Part shown: positions 50,759-60,824 of the stretch, piece after piece | How the letters are laid out: every line of letters begins with the position of its first letter | How positions within the stretch are numbered: position 1 is the stretch's first letter | From: an uncultured Nitrososphaerota archaeon | Lineage (GTDB): Archaea; Thermoproteota; Nitrososphaeria; Nitrososphaerales; Gagatemarchaeaceae | Assembly (NCBI GenBank): GCA_963718895.1 | Contig: CAVRAG010000008.1 | Coordinates: forward strand, 608,001 to 672,000 | DNA length: 64,000 nt | Direction of reading: 5' to 3' | The notes under the pieces: model-generated | The model's input: only the letters and a program-made list of their open reading frames with translations | Database searches by the model: none | What the model was told of the DNA's origin: nothing | Translations under genes and position numbers: made by a program

Positions 50759-51916
50759 ATGAGCGCAGGACGGAAGCAGCCGGAAAGGATCGAGACTTCT
50801 GCGAACCTGAAGTGGCCCCCGACTAGGGACGACCTCGAGCGGATGTACCTGAACGAGCACCTCTCCGCGATGAAGATCTCGGCCCAGTACGGTCTGAAGT
50901 ACGAGAACCCGAAGTGCGGCGAAACACTGATCCTCTATCACCTGAGGCACAGGGGGATCGCAAGGAGAGGATGCGCCGACCACGTGAGGAAGGTGACCAA
51001 GGAGATGGTCGACGAATGGGCCAGGAGGTATGAGTCAGGGGAGTCGCTGAACCAGATAGCCGCAGGCGAACTGTCTCCGGTGACGGTCTTCTCGCATCTG
51101 AGGAAGCGAGGCATGAAGCTGAGGGACAAGGTCGAGGCGCAAATCAAGGCCGTTACAAAACATCAGAAGAGGCCGTTTAGCGGTGACCCGCTCGAGAAAT
51201 CGTACATGCTTGGCTATGCGAGAGGGGATTTGTGGATCGGGACTCACGGAAGGGCGATTAGGGCGCGGACTAGCACCACCCATCCAGCCATGCTGGAAGT
51301 GTTTACGGAACTCTTCAGCAAATATGGGCCAATCTACGAATATCCAAGGAAGTGTGAACTCACCGGATTCGAATGGAGCGTGGATGCGGATTTGGACACG
51401 ACCTTCGAATTCCTCAAGCAACGCCCGGAAGAATGGCTTTCAGACAAATCCAAGTTCCTATCCTTCTTGGCCGGCTTCTTCGACGCGGAAGGGTCGATCC
51501 TGTACCACAAGAAAGGCCTGGATGGAGCTTTTGAGCTTATGCTGCCAAACCTGGAAGTCGGGCTTCTTCAGACGATTGCTGGCAAGCTGAATTCTTATGG
51601 ATTGCATCCGAAATTGCGACTCCAACCCAGGAAGAACGACCTACGGGTGATCAACGGATATGTAGTAAGAGCATCCGGACAGATTTGGAGAATCGAAATC
51701 ACTCGATACGCAGAGGTCAAACAACTCCTTCAAGAATTGCCTTTGCGGCATAGAGAGAAAGTCCACAAAGCGGCCATCGCGCTCAAGATGCCCTATGAAG
51801 CCTCAAGTTCGGAACGAGCGGGTGTGTTGAGGTCCTGGAGCGAACTCATTCAAAGGATTGAGGATGAGGTGCGAGCGTCAATACGAACTGCTGCTGAACT
51901 TTGTTTAGATTTATAG
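50759..51916 (+). CDS. Free-standing LAGLIDADG endonuclease with N-terminal HTH-like domains
   Basis: YMLGYARGD and FLAGFFDAEG motifs; no intein termini. Confidence 0.82.
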   Translation: MSAGRKQPERIETSANLKWPPTRDDLERMYLNEHLSAMKISAQYGLKYENPKCGETLILYHLRHRGIARRGCADHVRKVTKEMVDEWARRYESGESLNQIAAGELSPVTVFSHLRKRGMKLRDKVEAQIKAVTKHQKRPFSGDPLEKSYMLGYARGDLWIGTHGRAIRARTSTTHPAMLEVFTELFSKYGPIYEYPRKCELTGFEWSVDADLDTTFEFLKQRPEEWLSDKSKFLSFLAGFFDAEGSILYHKKGLDGAFELMLPNLEVGLLQTIAGKLNSYGLHPKLRLQPRKNDLRVINGYVVRASGQIWRIEITRYAEVKQLLQELPLRHREKVHKAAIALKMPYEASSSERAGVLRSWSELIQRIEDEVRASIRTAAELCLDL

Positions 51917-51986
51917 CAATAGTCGTATTCTAAATTCATTCTGCAAGGCATAAAATGGCCTTTGATTAAGAAAAGAAGTCTATTTC

Positions 51987-53135
51987 TTACCGGTCGGCCG
52001 AAACAGGCCACAGATTCATCCCCCAATACACGAGCGGGATGTCTGCGACGTGCACGCCCTTCAGTAGCTCCCTCAGGACTATCATGTTTCTGAAGCTGGG
52101 GTCCTCCATCTTCAACCTGTAGGGCCTGGGCGAGCCGTCGGAGACCAGGTGGTAGGCCCGCTCCCCGTGCGCGGCCTCGGTCCGGAAGTATGACTCGCCC
52201 GCGGGGACCCTCGGCTGCGGCCCCAGCTTGAGCCGGACCGGCCCCGACGGGATCTGCCTGAACGCCTGCCGCAATATGCGCATGGACTGCTTCAGCTCCT
52301 CGACGGCCACCCAGGCCCGTGCCCAGCAGTCGCCGTCGTGTGAGAACGGGACATCGAACTCAAAGTCGGGGTAGGCGCTATAGGGCTCCGCCTTGCGGAT
52401 GTCGTGCCTCACCCCCGAGGCCCTCAGGACCGTCCCGGTCGCGCCGAACCTCACTGCGTCGCTGCGGCTCAGGACTCCCACGCCCTTCGTCCTCTGCTCG
52501 AAGACCGGGTTGTACAGCCAGACCTTCTCGTACTCATCGATGCGCTTCTCGAACCAGTCGAAGGTCCTGAAGGCGCGGTCGGCCAGTCCCTCGGGCATGT
52601 CGTTCCTCACGCCCCCTGGGACGAGGTAAGCGAATGTGACGCGGGCGCCCCCGATCCTCTCGGCGAGGTCTATGAAGAGGTCCCTGTCGCCGAGGCCCCA
52701 GGTTACCATCGTCGTGTGCCCACCGAAGAGCCCGTAGATCCCGAGGAAGTACATGTGGGAGATTATCCTGTTGAGCTCGGCCATGATCACCCGGAGGTAT
52801 CTGGCCCTGGGCGGGACCTTGGTCCCCATCAGCTCGTCGACAGCCTCGACGTAGGGGAAGAGGATTCCGGAGCTATCAAGGATCGCGGGCCGCTCGAGGT
52901 GCGGGATGTTCTGTATGTAGTTGCGGTACTCTGCCATCTTCTCCTCGCCTCTGTGGACGTACCCCGGGTCGGGGTCGGCCCTGACGACGTAGTCGCCGTC
53001 TAGCCAGAGCCTGATGCGGAAGTGGCCGGAGCCCGGGTGCTGAGGGCCCAGCGAGACGGCCATGACCTTGTCCGGGTCCGGGGAGTACTCGGTCTGGCTC
53101 GGCTCTGGGACCCCTGTGCTCTCTGAGGAGGTCAC
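51987..53135 (-). CDS. nuoD: NADH-quinone oxidoreductase subunit D
   Basis: GPQHPG, GYVHRGEEK, AELNRIISH, PGGVR. Confidence 0.95.
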   Translation of the reverse strand: MTSSESTGVPEPSQTEYSPDPDKVMAVSLGPQHPGSGHFRIRLWLDGDYVVRADPDPGYVHRGEEKMAEYRNYIQNIPHLERPAILDSSGILFPYVEAVDELMGTKVPPRARYLRVIMAELNRIISHMYFLGIYGLFGGHTTMVTWGLGDRDLFIDLAERIGGARVTFAYLVPGGVRNDMPEGLADRAFRTFDWFEKRIDEYEKVWLYNPVFEQRTKGVGVLSRSDAVRFGATGTVLRASGVRHDIRKAEPYSAYPDFEFDVPFSHDGDCWARAWVAVEELKQSMRILRQAFRQIPSGPVRLKLGPQPRVPAGESYFRTEAAHGERAYHLVSDGSPRPYRLKMEDPSFRNMIVLRELLKGVHVADIPLVYWGMNLWPVSADR

Positions 53136-53139
53136 CGCG

Positions 53140-53664
53140 TCATCTCCCCGGCGACCGGAAGTCCTTGCGGAGGGGGGGAATGTCGTCCCAGTCCTCCGGG
53201 AGCAGGATGCGTCTAAGGTCGGGGTGGCCGGTGAAGGTGACTCCGAGCATCTCGAAGGTCTCGCGCTCGTGGTATTCGGCAGCGGGCCAGAGCCCTACGA
53301 GCGAGGGGACGACTGGGCGGTCCCGGGGCACCCTAGTGGCGACCGCCACCACCAGGTCCTCCATACCCGGCTTCACCGACCCGACGAAGTAGATCACCTC
53401 GATCTCGTGCTTGGCCATGTAGTCGGTCCCTGAGACGGTCGCGAGGTGGTCGAAGCCCAGCTCGTCGCGCGCGAAGAGAGCGGCGCTCACCAGCAGGTCG
53501 GGCGTGACCGTGAACTTCAGCCGCCGGGGCTTGGCGTACTCGACCCTGGCGGAGGGGAAGCGGGACGCGACCTTGTCGGACATCTCTTTCGTCCTCGTGT
53601 CCGCCGGGTGCGGGTAGGAATCTGACGGTGGGTGCCCTGGAGGGTGCGCGGTCACCGAGGTCAT
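53140..53664 (-). CDS. nuoC: NADH-quinone oxidoreductase subunit C
   Basis: ERETFEMLGVTFTGHPDLRRILLP..PLRKDF. Confidence 0.95.
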   Translation of the reverse strand: MTSVTAHPPGHPPSDSYPHPADTRTKEMSDKVASRFPSARVEYAKPRRLKFTVTPDLLVSAALFARDELGFDHLATVSGTDYMAKHEIEVIYFVGSVKPGMEDLVVAVATRVPRDRPVVPSLVGLWPAAEYHERETFEMLGVTFTGHPDLRRILLPEDWDDIPPLRKDFRSPGR

Positions 53665-55322
53665 CACTTTCCGCCGATGGTACCCGACTTGCGTATCTTG
53701 TCCTGTAGGAGGACGATGCCCTGGAGGAGCGCCTCGACCCTCGGCGGGCAGCCCGGGACGTAGACGTCGACGGGGATGAGGTCGTCGATTCCGCGGAGGA
53801 CGTTGTAGGAGTCGAAGTAGAGGCCGCCTGTGATCGCACACGCGCCCATTGCGATGGTCCAGCGAGGTTCTGCCATCTGGTCGTAGATCAGCTTGAGGCG
53901 AGGGGCGAGCTTTCGAGTCACCGTCCCCATGACTATCAGGAGGTCGCACTGCCTCAGGGAGCCGAAGGCCTCGAGGACCCCGAACCGTTCCATGTCGAAG
54001 CGCGCGCCACCAGCTGCCCCGACCTCGACCGAGCAGTTGTGGACGACGGCGTTCGAGACAAGATATGTACTGTCTGCGGTCTCAAGATTGTTGACACGTC
54101 CCGAATATGGAACTTTGGATATGCTCCGGATCGGAACTGCGATGAAGTCAGGTTGAACTTCAAAACCTGAGCACTTCCGTTCGGAGGTCATGAGCCAGAT
54201 CTCATACGAATCGTGTGTGTTCACCGACCGGCCCATTATCACCGATTGCCCTCCCTTGTGACCCAAGGCGATGCGAGCGAACATACCGAGTCGGGCATAC
54301 GCCAGCTGGATCTGGAGGGCCAGAACTCTTGATGTCGTATCGGCCCTGTCGTAGACTGGACCCCTCGCGTCTACTGTCTCACTGCCATCGCCTTCGAGAT
54401 ATCCTGAGATGAACGCCTTCAGAATATCGATGTTCTTGTGGTACAGGATGAACTCAGGCATCCTCTTGTTCTCGGCCCCATGACCACACCATTTGCGGAG
54501 TGCTCTCGCCAGTATGCTGGATGAGAATCTTACATTGAGTCCAGTCTCTCGCGCCTTGATGAATGGCGAATAGCCGAGCGACTCCACTAATCTTGTGATA
54601 CGCCGGGCTAACGATCCCTCATCATGGTCTAAGGCGAAGAAGACATCGTGATTCTCGGTGGTCCAGCCCTCTGCCACGTAGACTCCCAGGAGCCAAGCCG
54701 TCTCGACATTGAGTGGCAACTCAAGCGGAGGATCTTCTCCCCTGCCCCTGACTATGTTCAATCCGCGTCGCGATGCATAGTCATCGAGCTTGATTGATGT
54801 AGGGCTCAAGGATCCCGTTAGCCTCGGTATCAACAGACAGTCATGTCGTCCCGTCGGATAGAGATGGTGTCCGTTCTTCTTTACGGGGGGCGAGCGGATG
54901 AGATCCGCCGCCTGCTTCCAAATCTGTACGTCCGAGTAGGTTCCCTTACCACTACGCATGTCCCGCTCTACAGTTAGAATCGGATGCTCAGGCGTCACGC
55001 GGAATGGCAGCATGCCTCTTCCGCTTATCTGGAGAAGATCTCCATCAAAGTTTCTGGCGAATGTTTCTGTGACCCTCACATGCCCACTTGCGCTTACAAC
55101 CCTGTCGCCCGCCTGGTAGGCCGAGATGGGCTTGTTGTCACCTAGGATGACGGTGTCAGGGGGGGTGCAGCACGCGGTTTCTAGGTGGACGGGCCACAGA
55201 CTGTAGAGCCTCCCCCAGTTCACGATGTACCTCACCGGAGCTCCGACCGAGTCCTGCAAGACCTCGCTCGCCTTCCCGACCAGGGCGTCAAACGCTCCGG
55301 TCTTCTGCTGGGCGGCTACCAG
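53664..55322 (-). CDS. nuoB: NADH-quinone oxidoreductase subunit B, intein-containing; probable CTG start
   Basis: SLWPVHLETAC|intein|CSVE, MGACA, YVPGCPPR. Confidence 0.92.
   Translation of the reverse strand: MVAAQQKTGAFDALVGKASEVLQDSVGAPVRYIVNWGRLYSLWPVHLETACCTPPDTVILGDNKPISAYQAGDRVVSASGHVRVTETFARNFDGDLLQISGRGMLPFRVTPEHPILTVERDMRSGKGTYSDVQIWKQAADLIRSPPVKKNGHHLYPTGRHDCLLIPRLTGSLSPTSIKLDDYASRRGLNIVRGRGEDPPLELPLNVETAWLLGVYVAEGWTTENHDVFFALDHDEGSLARRITRLVESLGYSPFIKARETGLNVRFSSSILARALRKWCGHGAENKRMPEFILYHKNIDILKAFISGYLEGDGSETVDARGPVYDRADTTSRVLALQIQLAYARLGMFARIALGHKGGQSVIMGRSVNTHDSYEIWLMTSERKCSGFEVQPDFIAVPIRSISKVPYSGRVNNLETADSTYLVSNAVVHNCSVEVGAAGGARFDMERFGVLEAFGSLRQCDLLIVMGTVTRKLAPRLKLIYDQMAEPRWTIAMGACAITGGLYFDSYNVLRGIDDLIPVDVYVPGCPPRVEALLQGIVLLQDKIRKSGTIGGK
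54036..55169 (-). mobile_element. Intein (378 aa) with LAGLIDADG endonuclease in nuoB
   Basis: C1 CTPPDT, VTPEHPI block B, LLGVYVAEG, FISGYLEGDG, ends VVHN|C. Confidence 0.95.
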
Positions 55323-55687
55323 ATCTCCCGCCGTCCCGCCATGTAGACCGTGAAGCCCATCGGGAGGAGCAGCCCTGCGATGAAGATCGTCATCATCCAG
55401 CCCGAGAGGTTGCCCAGGCCGAGGGGCTGGTAGGCCGCAGCCCAGGCGTAGAGGAACATCGCCATGACGTCGAAGACGACGAACATGAGGAGGTAGGCGT
55501 AGTACTGCATCATGAAGTGCATCTTGCCCTTCCCGACGGGGACCTGGCCGCACTCGTAGGGGGCGTTCTTTATGGGGTTCGGCCTGCGCGGGGCCAGGAG
55601 CCTGGGTACGACCAGAGCCGGGACTGCGAACCCCACGCCTAGGAGACCCATCACGAAGACCGCGCCGATATCCCCGAACAGGACCAA
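55316..55687 (-). CDS. nuoA: NADH-quinone oxidoreductase subunit A
   Basis: PYECG, QYYAYLLMFVVFDV. Confidence 0.95.
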   Translation of the reverse strand: MVLFGDIGAVFVMGLLGVGFAVPALVVPRLLAPRRPNPIKNAPYECGQVPVGKGKMHFMMQYYAYLLMFVVFDVMAMFLYAWAAAYQPLGLGNLSGWMMTIFIAGLLLPMGFTVYMAGRREIW

Positions 55688-55951
55688 GGCTATCTGGCCT
55701 CAGGGCGGCTCCGGTTCATAAAGGCTTGTTATGACGACCTGCCTTGCTAGGTCACCGGAGTGACAGGCTCCGGCATTCCAAAATCGTCCTGATTGCCAAA
55801 CCTCTCCTTCGCTCAAGTGGATTAACCTGCTGTCAATGGGGACCCGCATTAGGTCGCATCACCGGGATTCATTCGACGCGGGAACCGGAATGGGCTCCTC
55901 TCGGTTCCAGCGGTCCAACGCTGGTCGGTGTAAGATCCAGGCCGCTTCTTC

Positions 55952-56425
55952 TCAAGCCTTCCTGCTCGCAGGCTCCTCTTCTAGCTCTGCAATCTCCCTA
56001 AGGTTCTTCAGACTCTCTACGACGTTTTGCTTGACCAACCTGTGTACGACGAGAGCGCTCGCCGTCTTGCCAAGATAGCCCGCGTGCGCCTCATACTCCA
56101 CGCTCTCGGTCAACCTAGTACCTTTCTTTGTCTGCTCCAGGACTATCGAGCACAGGTACTTATCAAGGAAGCCGTCCGGCATGTGTTTGTAGGAGAACTT
56201 CTTGTTAGGGACGATCTCAGTGGCTACCAAAGAGGCCAGCATCCTCCGACCGGCGATCTTCGCGGTTATCGTCACGCTCTTGCCGACGGTGGCGATACGT
56301 GAATGGCCTGGGGTCACCGCGATGATGTGAGGGTACAGCTTGGGCACGAACGAGGGGTCCGCAACGATGCTCCAGACGACCTCTGGCGGCGCAGCTATCT
56401 CAATGCTCTTCTGAAGTTTTGGCAT
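55952..56425 (-). CDS. SRPBCC/polyketide cyclase family protein
   Basis: SIEIAAPPEVVW..GTRLT..SLKNLREIAE; TATA about 25 nt upstream. Confidence 0.82.
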   Translation of the reverse strand: MPKLQKSIEIAAPPEVVWSIVADPSFVPKLYPHIIAVTPGHSRIATVGKSVTITAKIAGRRMLASLVATEIVPNKKFSYKHMPDGFLDKYLCSIVLEQTKKGTRLTESVEYEAHAGYLGKTASALVVHRLVKQNVVESLKNLREIAELEEEPASRKA

Positions 56426-56747
56426 GGAGGTCGTGGCTGGTTTGGCCGCATATAAAACCAAAGGCGCCCGTGGTGCGGGCGCCAATAACGGGTTCCTCCA
56501 GCCGTTGCATCCTCAACAGAAAGAGCACGATCGTCTCCTATGACTGACGTCCTTCGACCCCCAGCGCCGGTATGCGCGCCTCAGCGCAGCAAGTCATCGC
56601 ACCTGACCATTCGGGACGCGAAGACCAGTAGGCGCCGACTAATCGGTCAGATGGACCGGTCCACCCTAAGGATTCAGTCGGCGATGGCCGCCGACAGCCC
56701 AGCCCTGTGGAAAGCTTAAGACCGAATCCGGCCGCGTTTGTGGACAC

Positions 56748-57269
56748 TTGGCAGTGGACTTCTCGGAGCTCACTAACTTCCTCGCTGCGATCAGCTCCGT
56801 GGCGGTCATCGCTGGGGCAGGGTTCGTGGTCCTGCAGCTTCGCCAGAACGCGGGCATCCTCAGGGCGACGCTTCGTCAGGAGAGGTCGAACTCGGCGTTC
56901 TCCATGCTCGAGAAAATCACCCACGAGTCGTTCGCCAAGAGGAGGGCCCGGATGTACGAGATCGAGAGGAAGGCCCAGGCATCGAACTGGGAAGGGTTCG
57001 ACAATTCAGAGGACGACTTCGAGGCGAGGAACTTCGCCTACATCTACGAGCTCTACGGCGTCCTCGTCCGGGAGGAGATACTGGAGTTCCGCCTCACCGC
57101 GGAGACGCTCAAGTACCTCGTGGTCAACGACTGGGCGACCTTCAAACCTCACTCCGAGCACATCATGAAGACCTACGGGCTGAAGGTGAACCCGTGGGAG
57201 GATTTCGAGTGGCTCGCGGCGAAGGTCAGCGAACACATGCAGGAGAAGGAGAAGGCTGCGCTGGCCTAG
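56748..57269 (+). CDS. Hypothetical protein with N-terminal TM (DUF4760-like)
   Basis: TM then QLR; YELYGVLV, WEDFEWLA. Confidence 0.7.
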   Translation: MAVDFSELTNFLAAISSVAVIAGAGFVVLQLRQNAGILRATLRQERSNSAFSMLEKITHESFAKRRARMYEIERKAQASNWEGFDNSEDDFEARNFAYIYELYGVLVREEILEFRLTAETLKYLVVNDWATFKPHSEHIMKTYGLKVNPWEDFEWLAAKVSEHMQEKEKAALA

Positions 57270-57278
57270 CGAAGGCCC

Positions 57279-58341
57279 TCATGCCGCTTCCAGATCGAGC
57301 CAGCGGCCCTCCCGGGCGGAGGCGTAGGCCTTGTCCATGATCGCGTTCACCAGCCTGCCGTCCTCGAAGCTCTCCGAGGGTTGTCTCCCCGTTGATATCG
57401 AACCGACGAAGTGACGGAGCTCCGCGAGGTACCCGTTGTTGATGAACTCGTTCCATGCTGGGTAGAGCCATCCCTGCTTGGCGTCCGCCTTCTCGACGAT
57501 GTAACCCGTCTTCTCATCGGACGCGATCGTGAAGACCTTGATGCCGGTCTCCCTGGTCGTGTCGATGAAGAGAGAACCCTCGGTCCCGAAGACCTCCAGA
57601 CGCACGTCAAGCCCTCCCCTCGCCGTCCAGCTGTTCTCACACTGGCCGAGCCCGCCCCCTTCGTAACGCAACAGCACCAGGCTGTTGTCCTCCAGCGTGG
57701 TCTTGTGGCCCAGTGTCGCAATCCAGCCGCTGGCCGCCTCAGGTCTCAGCCCGAAGAGGTACCTGGTGACCTCTATCGAATGACAGCCCATGTCCAGCAG
57801 GACGCCCCCTCCCGCCCGCGCCGGGTCCCAGAACCACCGGCTGTGGGGACCTGAATGCGCCTCCCTCGATCTTATCCAGGTAACCTTGCCGAGCACGCCG
57901 CTCCCTATGAACGACTTGGCTCTTGAAATCTGCGGGATGAAAATCTGGTTCTCGGCGTAGCAATGAACCACCTTCTCCTTCCTCACTACCCGCAGCGCCT
58001 CGTCCGCCTCGACTAGATTTCTACCCAGAGGCTTCTCGCAGATGATGTCTTTCCCGTTCTCGGCTGCCGCCGTAATCGCAGGCAGGTGGAGGTCGTTGGG
58101 CAGCGCGACTATCACCGCGTCGACCCCCGGGTCTCTGCAGAGGCGTTCTATCGATCCTTCCCCGTGGTAGGCTTTCTTGATCCCCCACCTGCGCGGCGAA
58201 CGCGCCGGTCCTTCCGCCTGTCCTCCCGGCTACCGCGACCACGCGCGCTTCAGGAATCTCTCGGAGCGCTGGCATGTGGAAATCGTTCAGAATGAACCCG
58301 GTACCCAGCAACCCGACATTCACCGGTCTCGAGGCGGCCAT
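57279..58341 (-). CDS. Gfo/Idh/MocA oxidoreductase (frameshift near 58194)
   Basis: GLLGTGFI, CEKP, GGGVLLDMGCH. Confidence 0.88.
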
Positions 58342-58494
58342 CTTGCCTCTTTGGCGAGCATCGTCTTATAACGATTCGGAACGATTACGCGGAGAAGCCG
58401 TTCTAGTGCAGGCGCCGAACCACGTCCGAAGAGAGGCCCAGAAGAGCATTAGTAAACTGAGAGGAGTCGGCCGGGCTCCCGGAGAAGGCAGCCC

Positions 58495-59604
58495 CTACTG
58501 CGAGCTGCCCCGTTGTCCCATCGGGATGTAGACGGCGTCCCGCAGCCCCACGTACTCGGCAATAGGCCTGATTATCCTGTTGTCCGAGTACTGCTCCATC
58601 ACGTGGGCGAGCCAACCGGGGGTCCTTCCCATCGCAAAGATCGGCGTGAAGAGATACGTAGGTATCTTGAGGTGGTGGAGGACGAACCCGGAGTAGAAGT
58701 CGAGGTTCGGGTAGATGCCCTTCTCCCGGATCATCAGCGCGGCAAGGTAATCGAGGATTGCCAGGTTCTTCCGTTCCTCGTCCGTGGAGACTACCGCGCC
58801 CGCGTACGCCCTCATAATCGTCGCGCGGGGGTCATGGCCTTTGTAGATGCGGTGGCCGAACCCCATGACCTTCTCCTTGCGAGCGAGCTTCTCCCGCAGG
58901 TACCACTCGGCGCGGTCGAGCGACCGGATCTCCTCCACCATCGCGACGACCGCCTCGTTAGCCCCGCCATGAAGAGGCCCCTTCAGCGCCGCCACGGCGG
59001 CCGTGACGCTTGAGTAGACGTCCGAGAGGGTCGATGCGACCACGCGGGCGGTAAACGTGGAGGCGTTCAGCTCGTGGTCGGCGTGTAGAACGAGAATCGC
59101 GTTCATCAGTCTCTCGGAGGCCTTGTCTGGCTCCTCACCGTTAAGCATGTAGAGGAAGTTGGCTGCGAAGCTGAGGTCATCCCTGGGCTCCAGATGCGGG
59201 AGGAGGTGCTTGTGCCTGTGGATGTAGGCCACAATCGAGCCAATCTTCGAGGCGATCGACGCGGCCCTCTCGACGATGAGCATGTTCGGGTCGTCGTAGA
59301 TCCCGAGGGCGGCAATCGCCATCTCGAGGGCGTCCATCGTGTCGCAGTCGTGGGAGAGCGAGTCCAGGCTGAGCCGGACTCCGGCGGGGAGACTCCTCTT
59401 CGAGACGAGGTCCCGGTTGAAGCGCCTGAGCTCGTCGCGCTTGGGAAGGTGCTCGTGCCACAGAAGGTATGCGACCTCTTCATAGTTCGAGTGAGCGACG
59501 AGGTCGTCGATGTCGTAACCCCGGTATGAGAGACGGCCTCGGGCGCCGTCGATGAACGTGATGCTGGTCGGACCCGCGACAACGTCCTCCAGTCCCTTCG
59601 ACAA
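58495..59604 (-). CDS. gltA: Citrate synthase
   Basis: HADHELNAST, GPLHGGAN, MGFGHR, PNLDF. Confidence 0.93.
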   Translation of the reverse strand: MSKGLEDVVAGPTSITFIDGARGRLSYRGYDIDDLVAHSNYEEVAYLLWHEHLPKRDELRRFNRDLVSKRSLPAGVRLSLDSLSHDCDTMDALEMAIAALGIYDDPNMLIVERAASIASKIGSIVAYIHRHKHLLPHLEPRDDLSFAANFLYMLNGEEPDKASERLMNAILVLHADHELNASTFTARVVASTLSDVYSSVTAAVAALKGPLHGGANEAVVAMVEEIRSLDRAEWYLREKLARKEKVMGFGHRIYKGHDPRATIMRAYAGAVVSTDEERKNLAILDYLAALMIREKGIYPNLDFYSGFVLHHLKIPTYLFTPIFAMGRTPGWLAHVMEQYSDNRIIRPIAEYVGLRDAVYIPMGQRGSSQ

Positions 59605-59770
59605 ACGACGAGCCCACGCAACAGGCCGGAATTTATCCCTTCTTGTCGGGTGTTGCGATTGAGGTCACAGACATAGGACGGGAGCGGGCTCCCGACCCAC
59701 CAGGATGTTGCACGGGAGACAACGAGAGCAGAAAAGGTTTAGAAGCGTCGGCGGGTCCGGCCTGAGAATC

Positions 59771-60775
59771 TTGAAGATCGCGATCGTCGGCGCGGGAGTC
59801 GCGGGATCCTACCTGCTGAACAGGCTGGATGGCCACCAGGTAGAGTGCTTCGAGATGCGTACCCAGGACAAGTGGTACACGGTCTGCGCCTGGGGGACGA
59901 GCGAGCCCTACATCTCAGAGATGGTAAAGAGGGCGGGCTTCAACTTCGAGGACTACGTTCTTCACAGAGGCAAGAAGATGACGGTCGACTCGGGCCATGG
60001 GACGTTCGACCTCCCGCTCAAGGGGCTGGTAAGCTACGACAAGCACCGGCTCTGTGAGGACATGCTCAAGGGGCACACAGTCCACTGGGGCACCCAGGTG
60101 AAGGAGCTCGACGGAAAGTTCAGCGACTTTGACATCGTCGTCGACGCTACGGGGATGCAGCGGGCGCTCCTCCCCAAAATCAAGGGGGACATCATCGTCC
60201 CTTGCCTCGAGTACCAGGTGAAGTCGAAGAACTTCCCCTGGGACGACTTTTACATCAAGCCGTACCACGGGCTCACGGGGTACTTGTGGTACTTCCCGCT
60301 CTGGGATGGCGTGGGCCACATCGGGGCCGGGGAGCTCCACGGCGCCTACAAGGGTGAGCTCGAGGCGATGCTCAAGAAATACGACTGCGAGGTGATAAGG
60401 AAGATCGGGAGGCCGGTCAGGATCGTGCCCCCCTCGGCCTGTCTTCCCTTCAGCGAAGGGAAGGTGGTGGGAGTTGGCGAGTCGGTGGGTACGGTCTTTC
60501 CCATGCTCGGCGAGGGGATAATACCGAGCATGCAGTGCGCGGAGATATTCATCGAGCACATCGACGACATGGCGGGGTACGAGGCCGCGGTCCTCAAGCA
60601 CACGGAGGTCTACACCAAGGGCTTCAAGTTTGTGGAGTCGAAGATGGCGGGCAAGTTCAACCTGATGACCAGCTTCCCGAGGCTCTTCTCGGTCTATCGG
60701 TTCATGGCAGGGAACGAGAAGAGGTTTGGGATGCAGACCAGGCTCTCCGACCTGATCAAGCTGTCAAAGCTATAG
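59771..60775 (+). CDS. Geranylgeranyl reductase-like FAD oxidoreductase
   Basis: IVGAGVAG, DATG, GYLWYFP, VGES..PMLGEGI. Confidence 0.85.
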   Translation: MKIAIVGAGVAGSYLLNRLDGHQVECFEMRTQDKWYTVCAWGTSEPYISEMVKRAGFNFEDYVLHRGKKMTVDSGHGTFDLPLKGLVSYDKHRLCEDMLKGHTVHWGTQVKELDGKFSDFDIVVDATGMQRALLPKIKGDIIVPCLEYQVKSKNFPWDDFYIKPYHGLTGYLWYFPLWDGVGHIGAGELHGAYKGELEAMLKKYDCEVIRKIGRPVRIVPPSACLPFSEGKVVGVGESVGTVFPMLGEGIIPSMQCAEIFIEHIDDMAGYEAAVLKHTEVYTKGFKFVESKMAGKFNLMTSFPRLFSVYRFMAGNEKRFGMQTRLSDLIKLSKL

Positions 60776-60824
60776 CGTGCCACCGGGCAAAACCAGATAT
60801 TGATGCTCCCACGGGCTCCGGATT

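Noticed and set aside
56677-56695. GGCGATGG as a fluoride riboswitch start
   Set aside because: Simple hairpin GTCGGCG/CGCCGAC; downstream riboswitch consensus absent
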